Source of the DNA: Octopus sinensis
Taxonomy: Eukaryota
Length of the DNA: 64,000 bases
Assembly: GCF_006345805.1 (NCBI RefSeq)
Contig: NC_043000.1
Coordinates: 88,226,001-88,290,000 of the forward strand
Reading direction: 5' to 3'
The position numbers and the translations under genes are program-made. Below the pieces are notes generated by a model. The model saw only the letters and a list, made by a program, of their open reading frames with translations, was not told the DNA's origin and did no database searches. Shown in pieces: positions 1 to 12,842 of this stretch (within the stretch, counting starts at the first letter, position 1; each line of letters opens with the position of its first letter).

Positions 1-99
1 ACTCATCAAACGTTACAAGGATCATGTGAATGGCTGTGTAACATAAGGAAGCTTTTCTAGTGTACGCTGTGTGTATGTAATGCACATAATATGCATATA

Positions 100-290
100 A
101 CGGAATATCGGAGAAATTTTTTGCGCTATTCTTTCAGTCTCTCTATGTTCTGAGTTCAGTTCTCACTAGCGTCAAGATTACTTTTCATTTCTACTGAATC
201 AATTAATATATCATTCATGTAGTGGGATTGATATTACCGACTATATCTCTCTCCTCAATACTATTGGTGTTGTCCCAGAATTAACAAATT
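100..290 (+). mobile_element. Decayed SINE, same family as 27620-27853
   Basis: Degenerate match (tatgttctgagttcagttct...gtcaagattacttttcattt) to the intact copy's acgttctgagttcaaattccgccgaggtcgactttgcctttcatcc. Confidence 0.4.
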
Positions 291-1892
291 CGAAAAAATA
301 TATGAACATTTTTTGATTTCCCATCATTTTTCAAAACGTGAATATATTCTTTTGCAGAATCATTTGTAAAAACAGTTTTCAATCCTGATATAATATTTTA
401 AAAAGCCTCCGAGCTTTATACGTTATATTTATTACATATGAAATACATAATTAGACAAATAAACCAGTTAATTTCACAAATAACAAGTCTTTCTTTTCAA
501 ACAAATAATAAATACCCTCTAGTAACACGAGATTGTTTAACATTAAATACATCAAATAAATCAACTGATTTAATCTTGAAAACTACGGACGTAATCCTTG
601 GATAAATTCTTTTGAATCAGAATGCTAAGCAGAAGCAGTACTGTGTTTAAATAACAAAATAACAAAAGAAACATTCGCCTTTTAAAGAGAATTAAAGATC
701 AGGCTAACATTTTTATTTGACAGAAAATTAACTTGAGGCTATCAATGTTCTTTATGATTTCATCTTATTCATTTTAAATCGTTTAGTTTCGGCCGTCAAT
801 AAAACAAATAACGAAATCAAAACTGTTTTATTTCAAACATTTACTGTTTTAATAAGAACAATGTTAGGAAACTATTCTTGGCGATTAAAGTAAACCAATA
901 TTAGTTAACACGTGTTAGATTTTATTTACTGTCATATCCTCACTTTGTATTTTCTCCCAAAACGTTTTGCATGAACAAATTGCAAGTAACTTACTTTTAG
1001 TGAATGAGTTTTTCTTTGGAAAACTTCTTAAGAGTCTCTACTTCGATTATTGTTCTTTTTTCTTTTCTCCTTCTGTAACAAGGTCTGCCTGTGCTTCCCA
1101 CCTTCACTATAAATAGCTTACTACTTCAGCATTGAAGTGCTTTTCATTTTTATCACCCTTGTGCCTCCATAAATAAATCACGACTCATTGATTAGTATTC
1201 TTTATTCATTTGTTTTACTTTTTTCTTCCTGCCATTATAGTTTTAATCATGATTATGAATAATTTAATCGGATGAAACTAACAATGCTAAAATATTACAC
1301 GAATCATTAAATGAAATATAACTTCCAAAAAAAGATACAATTAAAATGACAATAAAACTAGCAGTCATTGCATGTCAGTGCATTCACTCATCATAAAGAA
1401 TATTTTCTAAATGTTCTCTTGATGATATTCATAGATTACATTTAATGAAAGAATGTCATGTTGCCGTGTGATTTCTGAAAAGAGTAATGAAACATGCTAC
1501 ATCAAGTAGTGATATTTAAAACCCAAATAATTCCATTTAGGATTATGAATGTGGCAGCATTATGCATTGCTTTAAATTAAATTAGTGTACATTGACAGCA
1601 GCAAGGAATATAAAATAAAAATAACATCGATTTCCTTGAATACCCACATGTCCAATGTATCATGTTTTAAGATTTGAAATTTCAAACTGTACGAGAAACC
1701 TGAAGAATCTTTGCCAACGGCTATACTTTCGACGTATTGTCTGCTTTGTAAGAATGATTTGATATCAATACTTTTTCTCAGCTGAGAACCAAATAAACCA
1801 AAATAAAGTATTGACTAAGGTTTGTCTTCTTGGATTATCCATTTCTTACATACAGGACAAAAATATCGCCTTAAGAATGAAAATACTACAGT

Positions 1893-2135
1893 ATCGACCT
1901 GACCATCGGATGCCGTTACACAACGCTGGTCACAATGTGCTTCCCCACATTGTTTTAGTTTTTGAATGATGCCACCCTGCTGGCTAGACGGGCAGGCTAA
2001 CATTTCTTCTGGATAGAGCGTCAGTCTTTTGTTAGGTTATCCATTTACATCTGAGTGAACTTGCTTAAGGACACGTACTGTTGGTCTGGGAATCGAAACC
2101 ACAATCTCACAAGCAACACTCACACCATTAGGCTA
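1893..2135 (-). mobile_element. Decayed tRNA-derived SINE
   Basis: ggtctgggaatcgaaaccac (B box on minus strand) and tail cgctggtcacaatg...ttgttttag, shared with the SINEs at 13757 and 44528. Confidence 0.5.
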
Positions 2136-3016
2136 AGCTCTTGCAAAAAACATATATAAAATCATTTTAAATGACCTTGTTTATTATATAAAAGTGGTAG
2201 GAATTCTCTTCAAGGAAAAATCCTGCCACTGTTGATACTAATTTTCACATCTACCGTTATATAAAATTTCCATCAAACAAACCAAAATCTAAATATCTGC
2301 TTTCATTTTTGTTGACGAAAAAAATCTCGGAAGTACCCAACAAAGTATTACGAAATAGACAGTAGGGTGGATACATTTACACTGCTGGTACAATTGCTAT
2401 AAGAACAACTTAAAACTATATATTTTAGATTCAAACATCCTATTGTGATTGAATTCGTATTTCAGCCTTCTAGTATTTTACTGGAGATTTTTGAAACTGT
2501 ATAGCTATGCACAAATATGTTTACAATAAGTGTATTTTTAAAATTTTAGGAATTAATATGTCTAAATCTACCCGTATCTTGACTCTGAATTTATTTAATC
2601 AAAAGGTTACTGAGAATGTATATGTTGTTCTATAAATTTTGTATATTCTATTTATGCACGCGAAGCAGCACAGATACACAAAGCAAACGACTTTTTATAG
2701 CCTGGCATTTAATTCCACAAATATGGCTTCTATGACAGCTGGAAATCTTTTTATATAGTTATTCTCTAAAACAAGTGGATAATTGTAGTTTCGCAAAACC
2801 CCATAGCACAATTGCATATCTATATTTATGCAGCTTTCCGCAGATCAGACTTAAACATACCTTACTAAAGGTTGGCATTAATGGTATGAATAGCCCACGC
2901 TCATCAAAACTATACTAATTCTTGATCTTCACAGGTTGAATTGCGCATGTAAAATTTAGAATATTGTTTTTAATAAAGTAACAAAATATTGTCTGTATAT
3001 ATAAAGTTACGATATA

Positions 3017-4339
3017 CAGTAATTCCCTACTTTACGTAAGTGATGCGTTCCTGAAAACCTGGCCAGAACGTGAAACTCTGTAATGCGAAATCAACTTGCC
3101 TAGTGATTTTCGGACATTTTCGAAAGAGAAATAAGAACTAATAAACAAAAGAGAACAAGTGTCGCTATCACCTTATACATGAAAATAACTATTTCTAAAC
3201 ATACACGGTACTATATGGATACATAGAAACAGAAAAACATTTCAAGAGGAATAAGTTAGGGAATTAATAAGAATCGTAATATCATAAGCGTATGTTCTTA
3301 ACACAAAAGATATCGACTGCTGTGTCAGGGCTGATAGTGGAATGAGCATTGCTAGGAGGATGAGGGGCAATATTTACTATCATACAGTTCATCATCACCA
3401 ATATTAGCTTGAGAGGTGAATAACCCATCCAAAGTTGTTGTTTATGACGCATCAGAATTGAGCTTATTGCAAACTTCTCTTGTAATTTTTATGTTACGTT
3501 CACGATTATCAGCAAAAACCAGCGGACTTTCCTCTATAGGTACCAACCCATTAGCAACCATTTTTGTTGTCAATTTACGTTTTATAGGTGGAACTTCTGT
3601 TACCTCATTTGTATTCTCAGTTTGTTCTTTTTCTAATAGTATCAGCTCCTCGTTAGATAAACTTACTCTCTGCAATACTAGCACAGCCATCACATCTTCT
3701 TCAAATCTTACATCCTGTAAGTTTCTACTTTAGAAAAACTTGTAATATTACGGATAATGTCTGGTCATAAAGTTTTCCAAGCACTATTTACAGCTGAAGG
3801 TTTCACTTCATCTTATGAGTCAGCTATATTATCCGCAGCATCCATTTTGTTGAATTTCTTCCAGAAATCTCAAACTGTAGGTTTATTATCTCTTCATTTG
3901 CTTTCAGAAGCTGTTTGAAAATCATTCTCGTACAATATACCTTTCAAACCGGCCTTTACTAGCCAAAAATGATTTTTCAGTCAAATTTCATTTTCTATTT
4001 TCGGCAAATTGTGATAAACTTTTGGTTGTTTTTTTTTTTTGTAAATTACAGTCGTATTTATCGGCACATTACATCATTTCTGATCCTCAAAGGCATTCCA
4101 TTTGTAGCATTACATTAGATATATGGAAAAATAATGTCTGAACAGTCTTGAGCTCTTCTTTCTGTGGTCATGTATTGTTACCACTGTTGACGTTGCAAGA
4201 TTTAATGATTTGGCGAAATTAATTTCACTTCCAAAAATAGTATTTTTAAAACTTCGAGTTCAGTATCAAATGTAATCAGTTTATAGTTCCTTTTCATACT
4301 ACTGCCTTCAAGTCTACTTGAAAGTTTCTCTCCAGACAT
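3017..4339 (-). mobile_element. pogo/Tigger-like DNA transposon relic, internally deleted transposase pseudogene
   Basis: TA|CAGTAATTCCCTACTTTACG terminus at 3015-3036. Minus-strand translations: N-terminal HTH-like (MSGEK...KLITFDTELEV...AKSLNLATSTVVTI, from 4339), DFWKKFNKMDAADNIADS*DEVKPSAVNSAWKTL*P (~3760-3870) and LSNEELILLE...KLTTK (ORF 3442-3693). Second TIR not found. Confidence 0.75.
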
Positions 4340-5033
4340 CTTGAACAGAAGGCAAATTCAACAGCAGCAGCGATTAATTGTCCATAACAAATACGTAGTA
4401 CAAATAATTGGCTTAGGAAATATTAGCTCAGTGAGAACAAAATTATCTTATTCCAATGGATGTAATAATGAAAGTGAGATGAAAAGGTGAAGTACTGGGG
4501 AAGAAAAAGTACTATATGATTGCAGTTAGCTGAAGAGTCACCAGACTTGTACGCAATTAGCCCCTTGCACTTCTAACTTATGACATAAATGCACCCACAG
4601 ACGCACACATTCATGTAGACACATGTGTTGGCGTACATGTTGATATCTGTTGTAGCCAGTTGGATACAGAAGCTGGTGGGTTGATAGTGGTGATGATGTG
4701 AGTTGCATTTGTTTAGATATTTGTAACGGTGGGAAAGTATTGTTGGTGGTGTATGATTATATTGTTCTTACTAATTGTATTATTGTAGCTGTTCAGTCTG
4801 AAATTTATCCTCATCACGTAAGATCAAAGACATTCCATTCAATTTTTAAAATACTTTAAGATACCACATTATACGTTTCTATTTGAAATGGATTTGCTTA
4901 TCTACTGCATAATATATATTACTGCTGTTCTTGGAAGCTGTGTTGGTGTTGATGATAGAAACATACACATACACACACACAGACACACACGCACGCATAC
5001 CTACGCACACATTCGTATAATGTTTTATATATA

Positions 5034-5081
<48 letters not shown>

Positions 5082-6780
5082 CCCATATTATGTTCATTTT
5101 GTATATATATATATATGTATGTATGTGTGAGTGTGTGGATGCGTGTGCATGTCCGTGTGTAACGTTATGATAGTTTTTGAAATCGTCAACTGCATACTTT
5201 GGTTTTAAGTAAACGCAAGTGGCCATTGATCTAAGAAGAACGTAGTTCTAAATTAACAATTTAAAACTACGCAAATAAGAGTTTATGTAAGAGCGAAATT
5301 AAAAGTCATCCTATACAATTTCTGTCAGCACCAAATCCCAGAACACAAGGAAGCCGTAACCCGGCGATGTGCATCAGTGGTTGGTCTATCACGATGCCAC
5401 ATCTGCAGTACTCAGGGTCGATGAATACAAATAGCTGAAAAGTTGTCACGAATCCCGTCTCTACGAAAGATCTGTTCTGTTACATATATAGACTTATAAG
5501 AATCAGAAATCAGAGTTAACTGACTTGAATCTGGTGTGTTTAGCTTACTGTTTTGATCCCACTAGAAAAGTTAATAATTCCTTATAGTGCACAGCTATAA
5601 TGGATTACTAATGCTGGATCACGATATCTCGGTCCTTTATACCGTATAATTCTTCATCCTCAGTAAAATAAATTTAATATGAAGATGAATATTTGTTATT
5701 TAGATTATAAACGTAAGTATATAATATGTTGAATATGGAAAGTTAAATTATATATAATGGTGTACTGCTAGAACATTGTATAAGTTTCGCAAGAATTAAT
5801 GGTACAATTCCTTGACAACAGTTTCGGCAGTGCTACGTGGACGAAACAAATTCATGAAGAGTAGATGCTAACCTCGGTGTGACGTTACTCCCTATCCCCT
5901 ATGCTATTTCCGTTTTACCAAAAACCGAAATTTCGATGTTCCTCACCATTGATCTGGTCCTCACCAGTGCTCTGGTTTCTCGTGACACCGAGTGGATGTT
6001 CCTAACCTGTATATATAGCATTTTGAATTTTAGGTATCTTTCTTTGAAGACATGTTGGTAATGAAAACCATATTGGACAGAATAAATTCATTGGTAAACA
6101 AATAGAAGAGAAAGAGAGAGAGAGAGAGAGAAAGAGGGAGAGGGTAAGAGAGAGTGGAAGAGAGGGGATAGAGTGGGAGAGATGATAGTGGGGACAGTGA
6201 GATAAGTCAGGAAAATTGTAAAGAAAACATCATATACGAAAGTTTATCTGAGGCAGATGAAGGAAGTGATGACAAGATGTCAAATTAGGAATGGAACAGC
6301 AAAAGTATAGAAAAGGAGAATTCTAAAAGTAAACGTTCATAAGAATTAAATTGTATTAATTTGAATGAAAAGTAGTATTAAAGTAATTCACATCGTCTGA
6401 GTTAGAGAAAACTATATTCATGTCTAACTTTTAAACGGCAACAAATTTACAGGAGAGGGACATGTTCGACTGAAATAATCTTATTAGAGACAAATTTTAC
6501 TGAGTTGTCCTTGGTGACCAAAGTCAACCAATTCGACTTCTTCGGAAAAAGCTTACTGATTTAACTGCAATGGGTAAAGCCGAGTGATTTGAAAATTGAG
6601 CGAGCTAACCTAAGGGGGGAAAGTCACCGGACTTAACTCCCACAAGACAATGCTGAATGAATTGACCTAATAGGCAAAGTCAAATAATTTGATTCCTGTA
6701 TGAAAATCGAGTGTATATATGTTTTAATCCAGAATTTAAGTAAATACCACCATGAAAATACCGCTATGTAAGTAAATAAT

Positions 6781-7114
6781 TACGGATTCCATGGACAGCG
6801 AGGCTCATCAATGGAGAAGTTCTTAAGCAGATCAGGTCGAAAATGTCGCTAGAAGCTAGGATCACCAAGCATAGATTGGCATATTTCGGTCATGTTATGC
6901 GGAGAAAATCCCTGGAGAAGGACATCATGCTCGGAATGGTCAGTGGCAAGAGAGGATGAGGCCGACCAAGAACCCGCTGGCTTGATACCATCAAGAGGGA
7001 TACTGGAATGGACATAGCCAATCTGAAAGAAGTAGTCCAGGATAGAACTGACTGAAGGACACTGATCCAACGAACAACCGAGAGTCGACTTCGACTGAGC
7101 GGATAGATAGATAG
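6781..7114 (+). mobile_element. 5'-truncated RTE-clade (BovB-like) LINE 3' end
   Basis: Translates RIPWTAR...RLAYFGHVMRRKSLEKDIMLGMVSGKRG*GRPRTRWLDTIK...DRTD*R; (GATA)n tail; 11 bp TSD aagtaaataat at 6770-6780 and 7115-7125. Confidence 0.9.
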
Positions 7115-7204
7115 AAGTAAATAATACTACAAGGAATCTACCCAGATATTTTACTGTTTCTCTAACTGGGCGATCTTCAGCCAACGGAATAATATGTACT
7201 TGTA

Positions 7205-7390
7205 ATAATTTTGAAGGAAGGTATAGTCGATTAAATCGACTACTATACTTGGCTGGTATTTTGTTTTCTAGATCACTGAAGGGTGAAAAACAGTCGACAT
7301 TGCCAGGATTTGAATTCAGGATGAACAGAGACAACTGAATACTGCAAGGCATTTTGTCCAAAATCTAACTGATTCCGTCAATCCACCACC
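7205..7390 (-). mobile_element. Decayed SINE (27620 family)
   Basis: agtcgattaaatcgac...ctggtatt...gtgaaaaacagtcgac...ggatttgaattcag matches the intact copy in the same orientation. Confidence 0.55.
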
Positions 7391-8030
7391 ATAAAGAAGA
7401 AATTAATACTGTCACCTACATAGAACAGAAAAAGGATTAGAAATAAATGGTCGTCTGTTTTAGTTATATATCCGGTTAGAAAGTATTATTGACGTAGTTG
7501 TCTTGTTTTGAAATGGCGTTTGATGAATCTCTGTTCACCATTAGTTTAGCAAACATTGCCTGTTAATTCATTACAGCGTTGGGAATCCAATCATTTTAAT
7601 TTGGAATTCGACGCAAAATTGTCTAGAGCATCAAATAGAGTGTTAAAGTGATTACTCAATTAATTTATTTAAAAATCACACCGAGATTACAATTGATACC
7701 ATTGGATTACCATACAAAACCAAGCACTCAAGTTAATATAAAAGTACATAATGCCATCACCAGAACAAACAGATTGCGTTTGATATCTGCTGTGTGGCGT
7801 CGTGTATATATTTTAATCAAGCTCAGGATTGTTAATAGCATCATATGATTACACATTTATGTTTCATTGCAAATTCATTTGCTGACTACAATAAACGTGA
7901 GAATATTCACCGCAGATTCTGAAAACAAACACACACATACAAACACACACGCGCCTGTCTGTGTCTGCGTATATATACATACATACATACATACATACAT
8001 ACATGCATACATACATACATACATATATAT

Positions 8031-8082
<52 letters not shown>

Positions 8083-8663
8083 CATCGACCTTTCTATCGA
8101 TATGTATATATGCATGTATATATATACATACATACATACACACGCGCACACGCACATGTACACACACACACGCACACACACACACACAAACAAATGAAAT
8201 ATGTGGCACTGTTATTTGAAGGACTCTGCTATCCACTCGTGGATGAGTACCAACGAAAAATCATCTTAGCCCAGTTAGGAGATGTCTAAAGAACGTGACG
8301 TGAGAGAGATTTGGCTGCTAAATCTAGTAGGTCGATCATCAACTAAGTAGACCCCTTGCCTAGCCCTCGTTAGTTCATTTACTGAAATATAGTTAATGAT
8401 ATTCTGTTAACGTCACGCACTCCCACTCTCTTGTTTTGTAAGAGTTGTGGTTACTAATAGCTAGAAGTGAAATTTATAGCTAAAAACAGTGAAGGATTAT
8501 CAGATAGACTATTCAATCTTTTCCACAATATACTTTAATAATCTCTATCAAACAGTATTTATATTCGATTTTCTTTTATGTTTTTTGCTTGTTATGTTCT
8601 TTTCTTGTTTCCTAATTTTCATCAAATTAAGAATACATTTAATTACTAATAAATATAATTATT

Positions 8664-9180
8664 AAATCACGTGATCTCGTAGTCTCGGTAGCGAGATTGA
8701 CGGCAATTTATCTCCCGCTCGTGATGTAAACAAGAGTGCTTGTATGCACCAAAAGACAATATGAAAGATTCTCTCATGGCACACGATCACAGTATTTCTG
8801 TTCTAAGACAGAATGCACTTCTAAGTGGGGATCAATATTACGTTTTGGTATTAATACTGCTTCTGTTGCCACTAATTACTTTTTAGTAAGCCTACTGGCT
8901 ATTCTTTCCATCAGTGCCTGGTTAGGCGCTGTGACTCGATGTATATCACTAGCTGAGATATTGCTGCTCTGTGTACCAGTCGGTCGTCAACCATTAACAA
9001 AACCAAGGAAAGCCGAAATCACGTAACTGGTAGTCCCGTTGTTGGCAATGACGATACGTTATCTCCCGCTAGTAATGTAAACAAGAGTGTTTACAGGAAC
9101 CAAAACACCGTGCGAGAGGTTCTCTCATGGTAACTATAGCTGTATTCTGTGTTCTAACACAACATCCGCTTTTAAGTGGC
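8664..9180. repeat. Diverged direct repeat, ~165 bp arms, period ~351 bp
   Basis: aaatcacgt...ttatctcccgct.gt.atgtaaacaagagtg...ttctctcatgg...tgttctaa...taagtgg at ~8664-8830 and ~9015-9180. Confidence 0.65.
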
Positions 9181-9341
9181 AATACATTTTACTAATAAAT
9201 ATATTTTCTATATTATCCCAACGTTTATCTTTCTTGTTGGTTCATCTATAATTTCCTCCATTAATAAATTAACACCACATAATTGTATATGATTTTTAAT
9301 GTCTAAATTAGAAAGACTCTTTAGGTTACTTTTATAATAAA

Positions 9342-9734
9342 CTAGCAGTATCGCCCGGCGTTGCTCGGGTTTGTTTCAACTCTTTAGAATTGGAATTTTT
9401 TAAAAGTAAAAAGTTTGCATTATGTAGCTTGTTATTCTCATTAAGTGAACATTTTCCTGGTTGAAATACACCGAAAAATGACGACTCAGCAGTTAAAACA
9501 TCGTAAAAAACAGGGATTTTCATAGAAAAAAAAAGCACCTTTTTGATGTAAATAATTTCTGGTGTTAACATGGTCCGATTTGAAGTTTTTTCCTACAGAA
9601 GGAAGAGCAAGCCTTCTTTTATCATACTCTTAATTTCGATCAACTTGCGCCGCAGGGTCTCGGAAGAGATAGTGTTAGTTGAAGGCTACCAAACCTGCCA
9701 TACACAAACAATTTCAGCTTTATATATAGAGAGA
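9342..9734 (-). mobile_element. Non-autonomous Helitron
   Basis: Minus strand starts TC(TCTATATATAAAG) and ends with hairpin CCCGAGCAACGCCGGG followed by CTAG; inserted between A and T with no TSD. Confidence 0.8.
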
Positions 9735-10014
9735 TTTAATTTTATTAATATTGATGTACGTTTATAATGTAATGAAATGTATTTAGGAGTGTACGTCTGT
9801 CCGAGCTAATCATCAGCAGCATTCATCCTATTTCTATGGACTGCCATGTTAGTTTTGCAATAAATAATAATACTCAGCAATGCTCCAGTATCTCTCCTTT
9901 AGAGAGATTTAGAAATTATAACATTTATATATATACGCATACAAATGATGCCTATATATACACATATTTCTTGTTGAGCCACAAATCATCAGAGGCTATT
10001 GCTATTGCATCTGA

Positions 10015-10330
10015 CAAAAATCTATATTGGGACTGACAGGAAACTCCTTCGAGCAAATCCTATACAACCACACTGCACCATTCAGGAAATATATAACTCC
10101 ATACATCACTACGCTGGTCAACCACATATTGTAACTGATACGAAGACATCAGTTGGAGGTTTTTAGTGAAATACAACATTTACTCCAATAATTGCAGTGG
10201 AAACGGATTGTGTTTAAAGAAGAGACAGATACTTAATAGATTTTTCACGTCGAAGGAATACCTAAATGTTAGATTGAGGACTTTTACATTTTGTTCATAT
10301 GAGCTAAAGTAGATTCTCAAACACTGGTCT
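10015..10330 (+). pseudogene. Penelope-like element GIY-YIG endonuclease fragment (Naiad-like motif pattern)
   Basis: With frameshifts: YIG/LTGNSFEQILYNHTAPF...TTLVNHIL*L...ISWRFL...YSN...LCLKKRQI...YLNVR...C. Confidence 0.6.
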
Positions 10331-11160
10331 CAACTGCCACAGAAGTGTCAATACACAACTTTATTCTTATCTCCACGGATTCTCGTTGTCAGCACTCCAT
10401 ACACTCCTCCATTCCTTTATTCCTTAATACGTTTCTCTCTTAACCTCATCTTTCTTTTCATTTCGTTCTTTTTCCAATTTTCTCTAAACTTCTCCTTTAC
10501 TTGTCACCTCCCTTTCCCTGCCTGTCCTTCTAGTATTGTCTTTTCTTCTCCTTCTATATGTACATCCCCCTCTCTTTAAACATAACTTTCTAGCCTCTAC
10601 CAGCAATTTAGTTGCATGCACTTCAACTCTATCCAGATTTGTCCTCCTGTCAGGAAAATAACTCATCGATCCTCACCTATGTGCAACTGCCACTACGCTA
10701 TTAGAATTTAATTATTAAATGCTGCTTTTCAAAAATGTTATATCCCTGTCCAAAAGGAATGGGGTGAAATGTTCTTCAGCAGCTATATTTACTCTTTTCT
10801 GAGAGCATAAGTCTGTTGAGCCTATGTGAAAATTGAAGTAAGTAATAATTTCTTACTACGAAAGTCATATGTTGTGCATGTACATATATACATGTGTGTA
10901 TACGTATATACATACATGCATATATACATTTAATCATACATGTATATACACATACATGTGTGAGTTTAGATGTAAATGCGTATATATATAGAATGGTTGT
11001 ATACTGTCAATCTAACATGAACGTGACAGTAGGCGGGGTACACCCCCACTGTTTAGCCCTAGGAAGCATCGACATCTCCAGATGACTTTGACACATTTTT
11101 CCTGTGTCCTTATATACATTTACGAAGGGGAGACAAATACCCCCAGCCGCCAGGGCTGCA

Positions 11161-11207
11161 TCTAGAGACACGTGTGTTTCAGGAACATTGTCCTTCGTCG
11201 GTCTAGA
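11161..11207 (-). ncRNA. Minimal type I hammerhead ribozyme (CCGACGA core variant)
   Basis: Minus strand: tctaga CCGACGA agga-caatgt-tcct GAAA cacacgtg TC tctaga; stems I, II and III all pair; GUC triplet. Confidence 0.7.
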
Positions 11208-11234
11208 CTAGCAGACGCCGGTCAGCTGTTGATA

Positions 11235-12842
11235 AAATCTTTATTATGGGCACGAAGGCCCGAATTAAGAGGGAACATTACAACAGACATGGGGTACATA
11301 TAACAACAAAAAAATCGAAAAATATGAAATGAAAATGAATTATTTATAATGAATTAAATGAATGGCTTACGAGCCCCCCAAAACTCGCAGTTTCATTTAA
11401 AATACAGTTCTGCTATACTGGTCGTTCATCTGTCATATATTCTATTAAGCTCTCCTGATCCACAATAGTTGGTAAAGTGTCATAACGTACATATAACCAT
11501 TCACATATACTATAATCATATCTCATTTTCTGCACTGTCTCTTTCTCCACGATTACCACCTTCCACTGGTCATCATATATTTCTGGGTTCAACTTTACTC
11601 TAACCAAACCTTTCCTACCTGCCAACATCTTTTCCGTATTTTTGTCCTTGTCGTATAACATTACCACTTTATGTTTCTTTCCCTTGGGTCTTCCTCCTCT
11701 CTTACAAACTTTCAACTGCTCTTCCACTCTTCTGTCCCATTCTTCCTCTGCTGTTAGTTTTACCGGTTCACTCACTTCCGCTTTTATATCCTCTTCGCAT
11801 GTTCGATTTTCCCTCTCGTCAGTAATCTTGTTTTTCGCTTTTTTCTTCTTTTTTTTTTGTTCTTTAGGTGGTGATTCCACACGCATTCTTTTTCTATTTT
11901 CTTTCTCCAACTCTTCACCACTTTCCACATTATCCGTAGTGACGATTTCCTCCTCCACACACGCATCTTGCAACTCATTCGTTAAAGTCTCCAGGGCTAT
12001 CGTCTTCTCCAGCACTTCTCCCAGCGGACACACATCCTTCATGTGGCCTCTTATTTTGCATTTGTAACACACTGGGGGTCTCCACTCCACCACGACTCTA
12101 AGACGTGTCTCGTCGGGGAACACCAACTCCTCCGGGATGTTATAGAGGTCTGGCATAGTAATGTGGACCAATGCCTGCACCGCATAACTCCACCACTTTA
12201 CTTCTGTTGACCTTTCCACCTTCAACACCTCAACGCTTTCCTTGCAGTTGAAAACCACTGCCGCTAGAATCCTCTCCATGTTAAGCTCCGGCGAAATCCT
12301 ACCGATTCGTATTCTTACTGCCCTCTTTCCGCAGTAACTTGGTAGTAACGTCCATCTTTCAGATTTCAAAATTTTCGTGGCATTCCTTCTCGCTTCATCT
12401 TCATTTTTAAAATGGACGACCACTGTAGCGTATTTTCTACCTCTATTATAGGAGGTAGCTTCGCCTTCAATTTCCTGCAGACATTTTTCTATTTCCTCCG
12501 TCTCTGCCACTTCTATTTTCTTTGAAGCTACGCTCCACGTTCTGTACGTAATCATACGTTTCTCCGCTTCTTTTGCTTCTTCTTCAGGCGGTGTGACTCT
12601 CACACAGTCACCTTCCTTCTTCAAGCTGTCGAAATATTTTTCCAAAGTCTCTTTCTCGACTACCACTTCTTCCAGCTGTAGTTCACTCGCAGCCAGGCTC
12701 CTGCCTGCCGCTCCCGCATACGTCTGGGCTTGCATTTTCGAAAATTCACCACGCCGCAACGGCTTCCACCAATGAACTCGAACTCACAACCTCGACACAA
12801 CAATAACGCAATCAAAAATATCCGACACCAAATTAAACAAAA
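11235..12842 (-). mobile_element. ORF1-only (HAL1-like) non-autonomous non-LTR retroelement, 1608 bp
   Basis: 17 bp TSD ccggtca(g/c)ctgttgata at 11218-11234 and 12843-12859; ~110 nt 5' UTR, one ORF, ~180 nt 3' UTR with AATAAA (11240-11245, minus); no RT or endonuclease. Confidence 0.85.
11413..12759 (-). CDS. LINE ORF1p/gag-like RNA-binding protein with CCHC zinc knuckle (L1/Tx1-like)
   Basis: Uninterrupted 448 aa ORF (first ATG at 12735, MQAQTYAGAAG); RRM-like segments; RPPVCYKCKIRGHMKDVCP = CX2CX4HX4C; acidic linker; KKKKKKAK basic patch. Confidence 0.85.
   Translation of the reverse strand: MRRGEFSKMQAQTYAGAAGRSLAASELQLEEVVVEKETLEKYFDSLKKEGDCVRVTPPEEEAKEAEKRMITYRTWSVASKKIEVAETEEIEKCLQEIEGEATSYNRGRKYATVVVHFKNEDEARRNATKILKSERWTLLPSYCGKRAVRIRIGRISPELNMERILAAVVFNCKESVEVLKVERSTEVKWWSYAVQALVHITMPDLYNIPEELVFPDETRLRVVVEWRPPVCYKCKIRGHMKDVCPLGEVLEKTIALETLTNELQDACVEEEIVTTDNVESGEELEKENRKRMRVESPPKEQKKKKKKAKNKITDERENRTCEEDIKAEVSEPVKLTAEEEWDRRVEEQLKVCKRGGRPKGKKHKVVMLYDKDKNTEKMLAGRKGLVRVKLNPEIYDDQWKVVIVEKETVQKMRYDYSICEWLYVRYDTLPTIVDQESLIEYMTDERPV

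Noticed and set aside
6849-7361. 170 aa minus-strand ORF
   Set aside because: Runs antisense across an RTE fragment and through a SINE; no coherent protein
11642-12067. Plus-strand 141 aa Ser/Phe-rich ORF
   Set aside because: Antisense shadow of the Glu/Lys-rich ORF1
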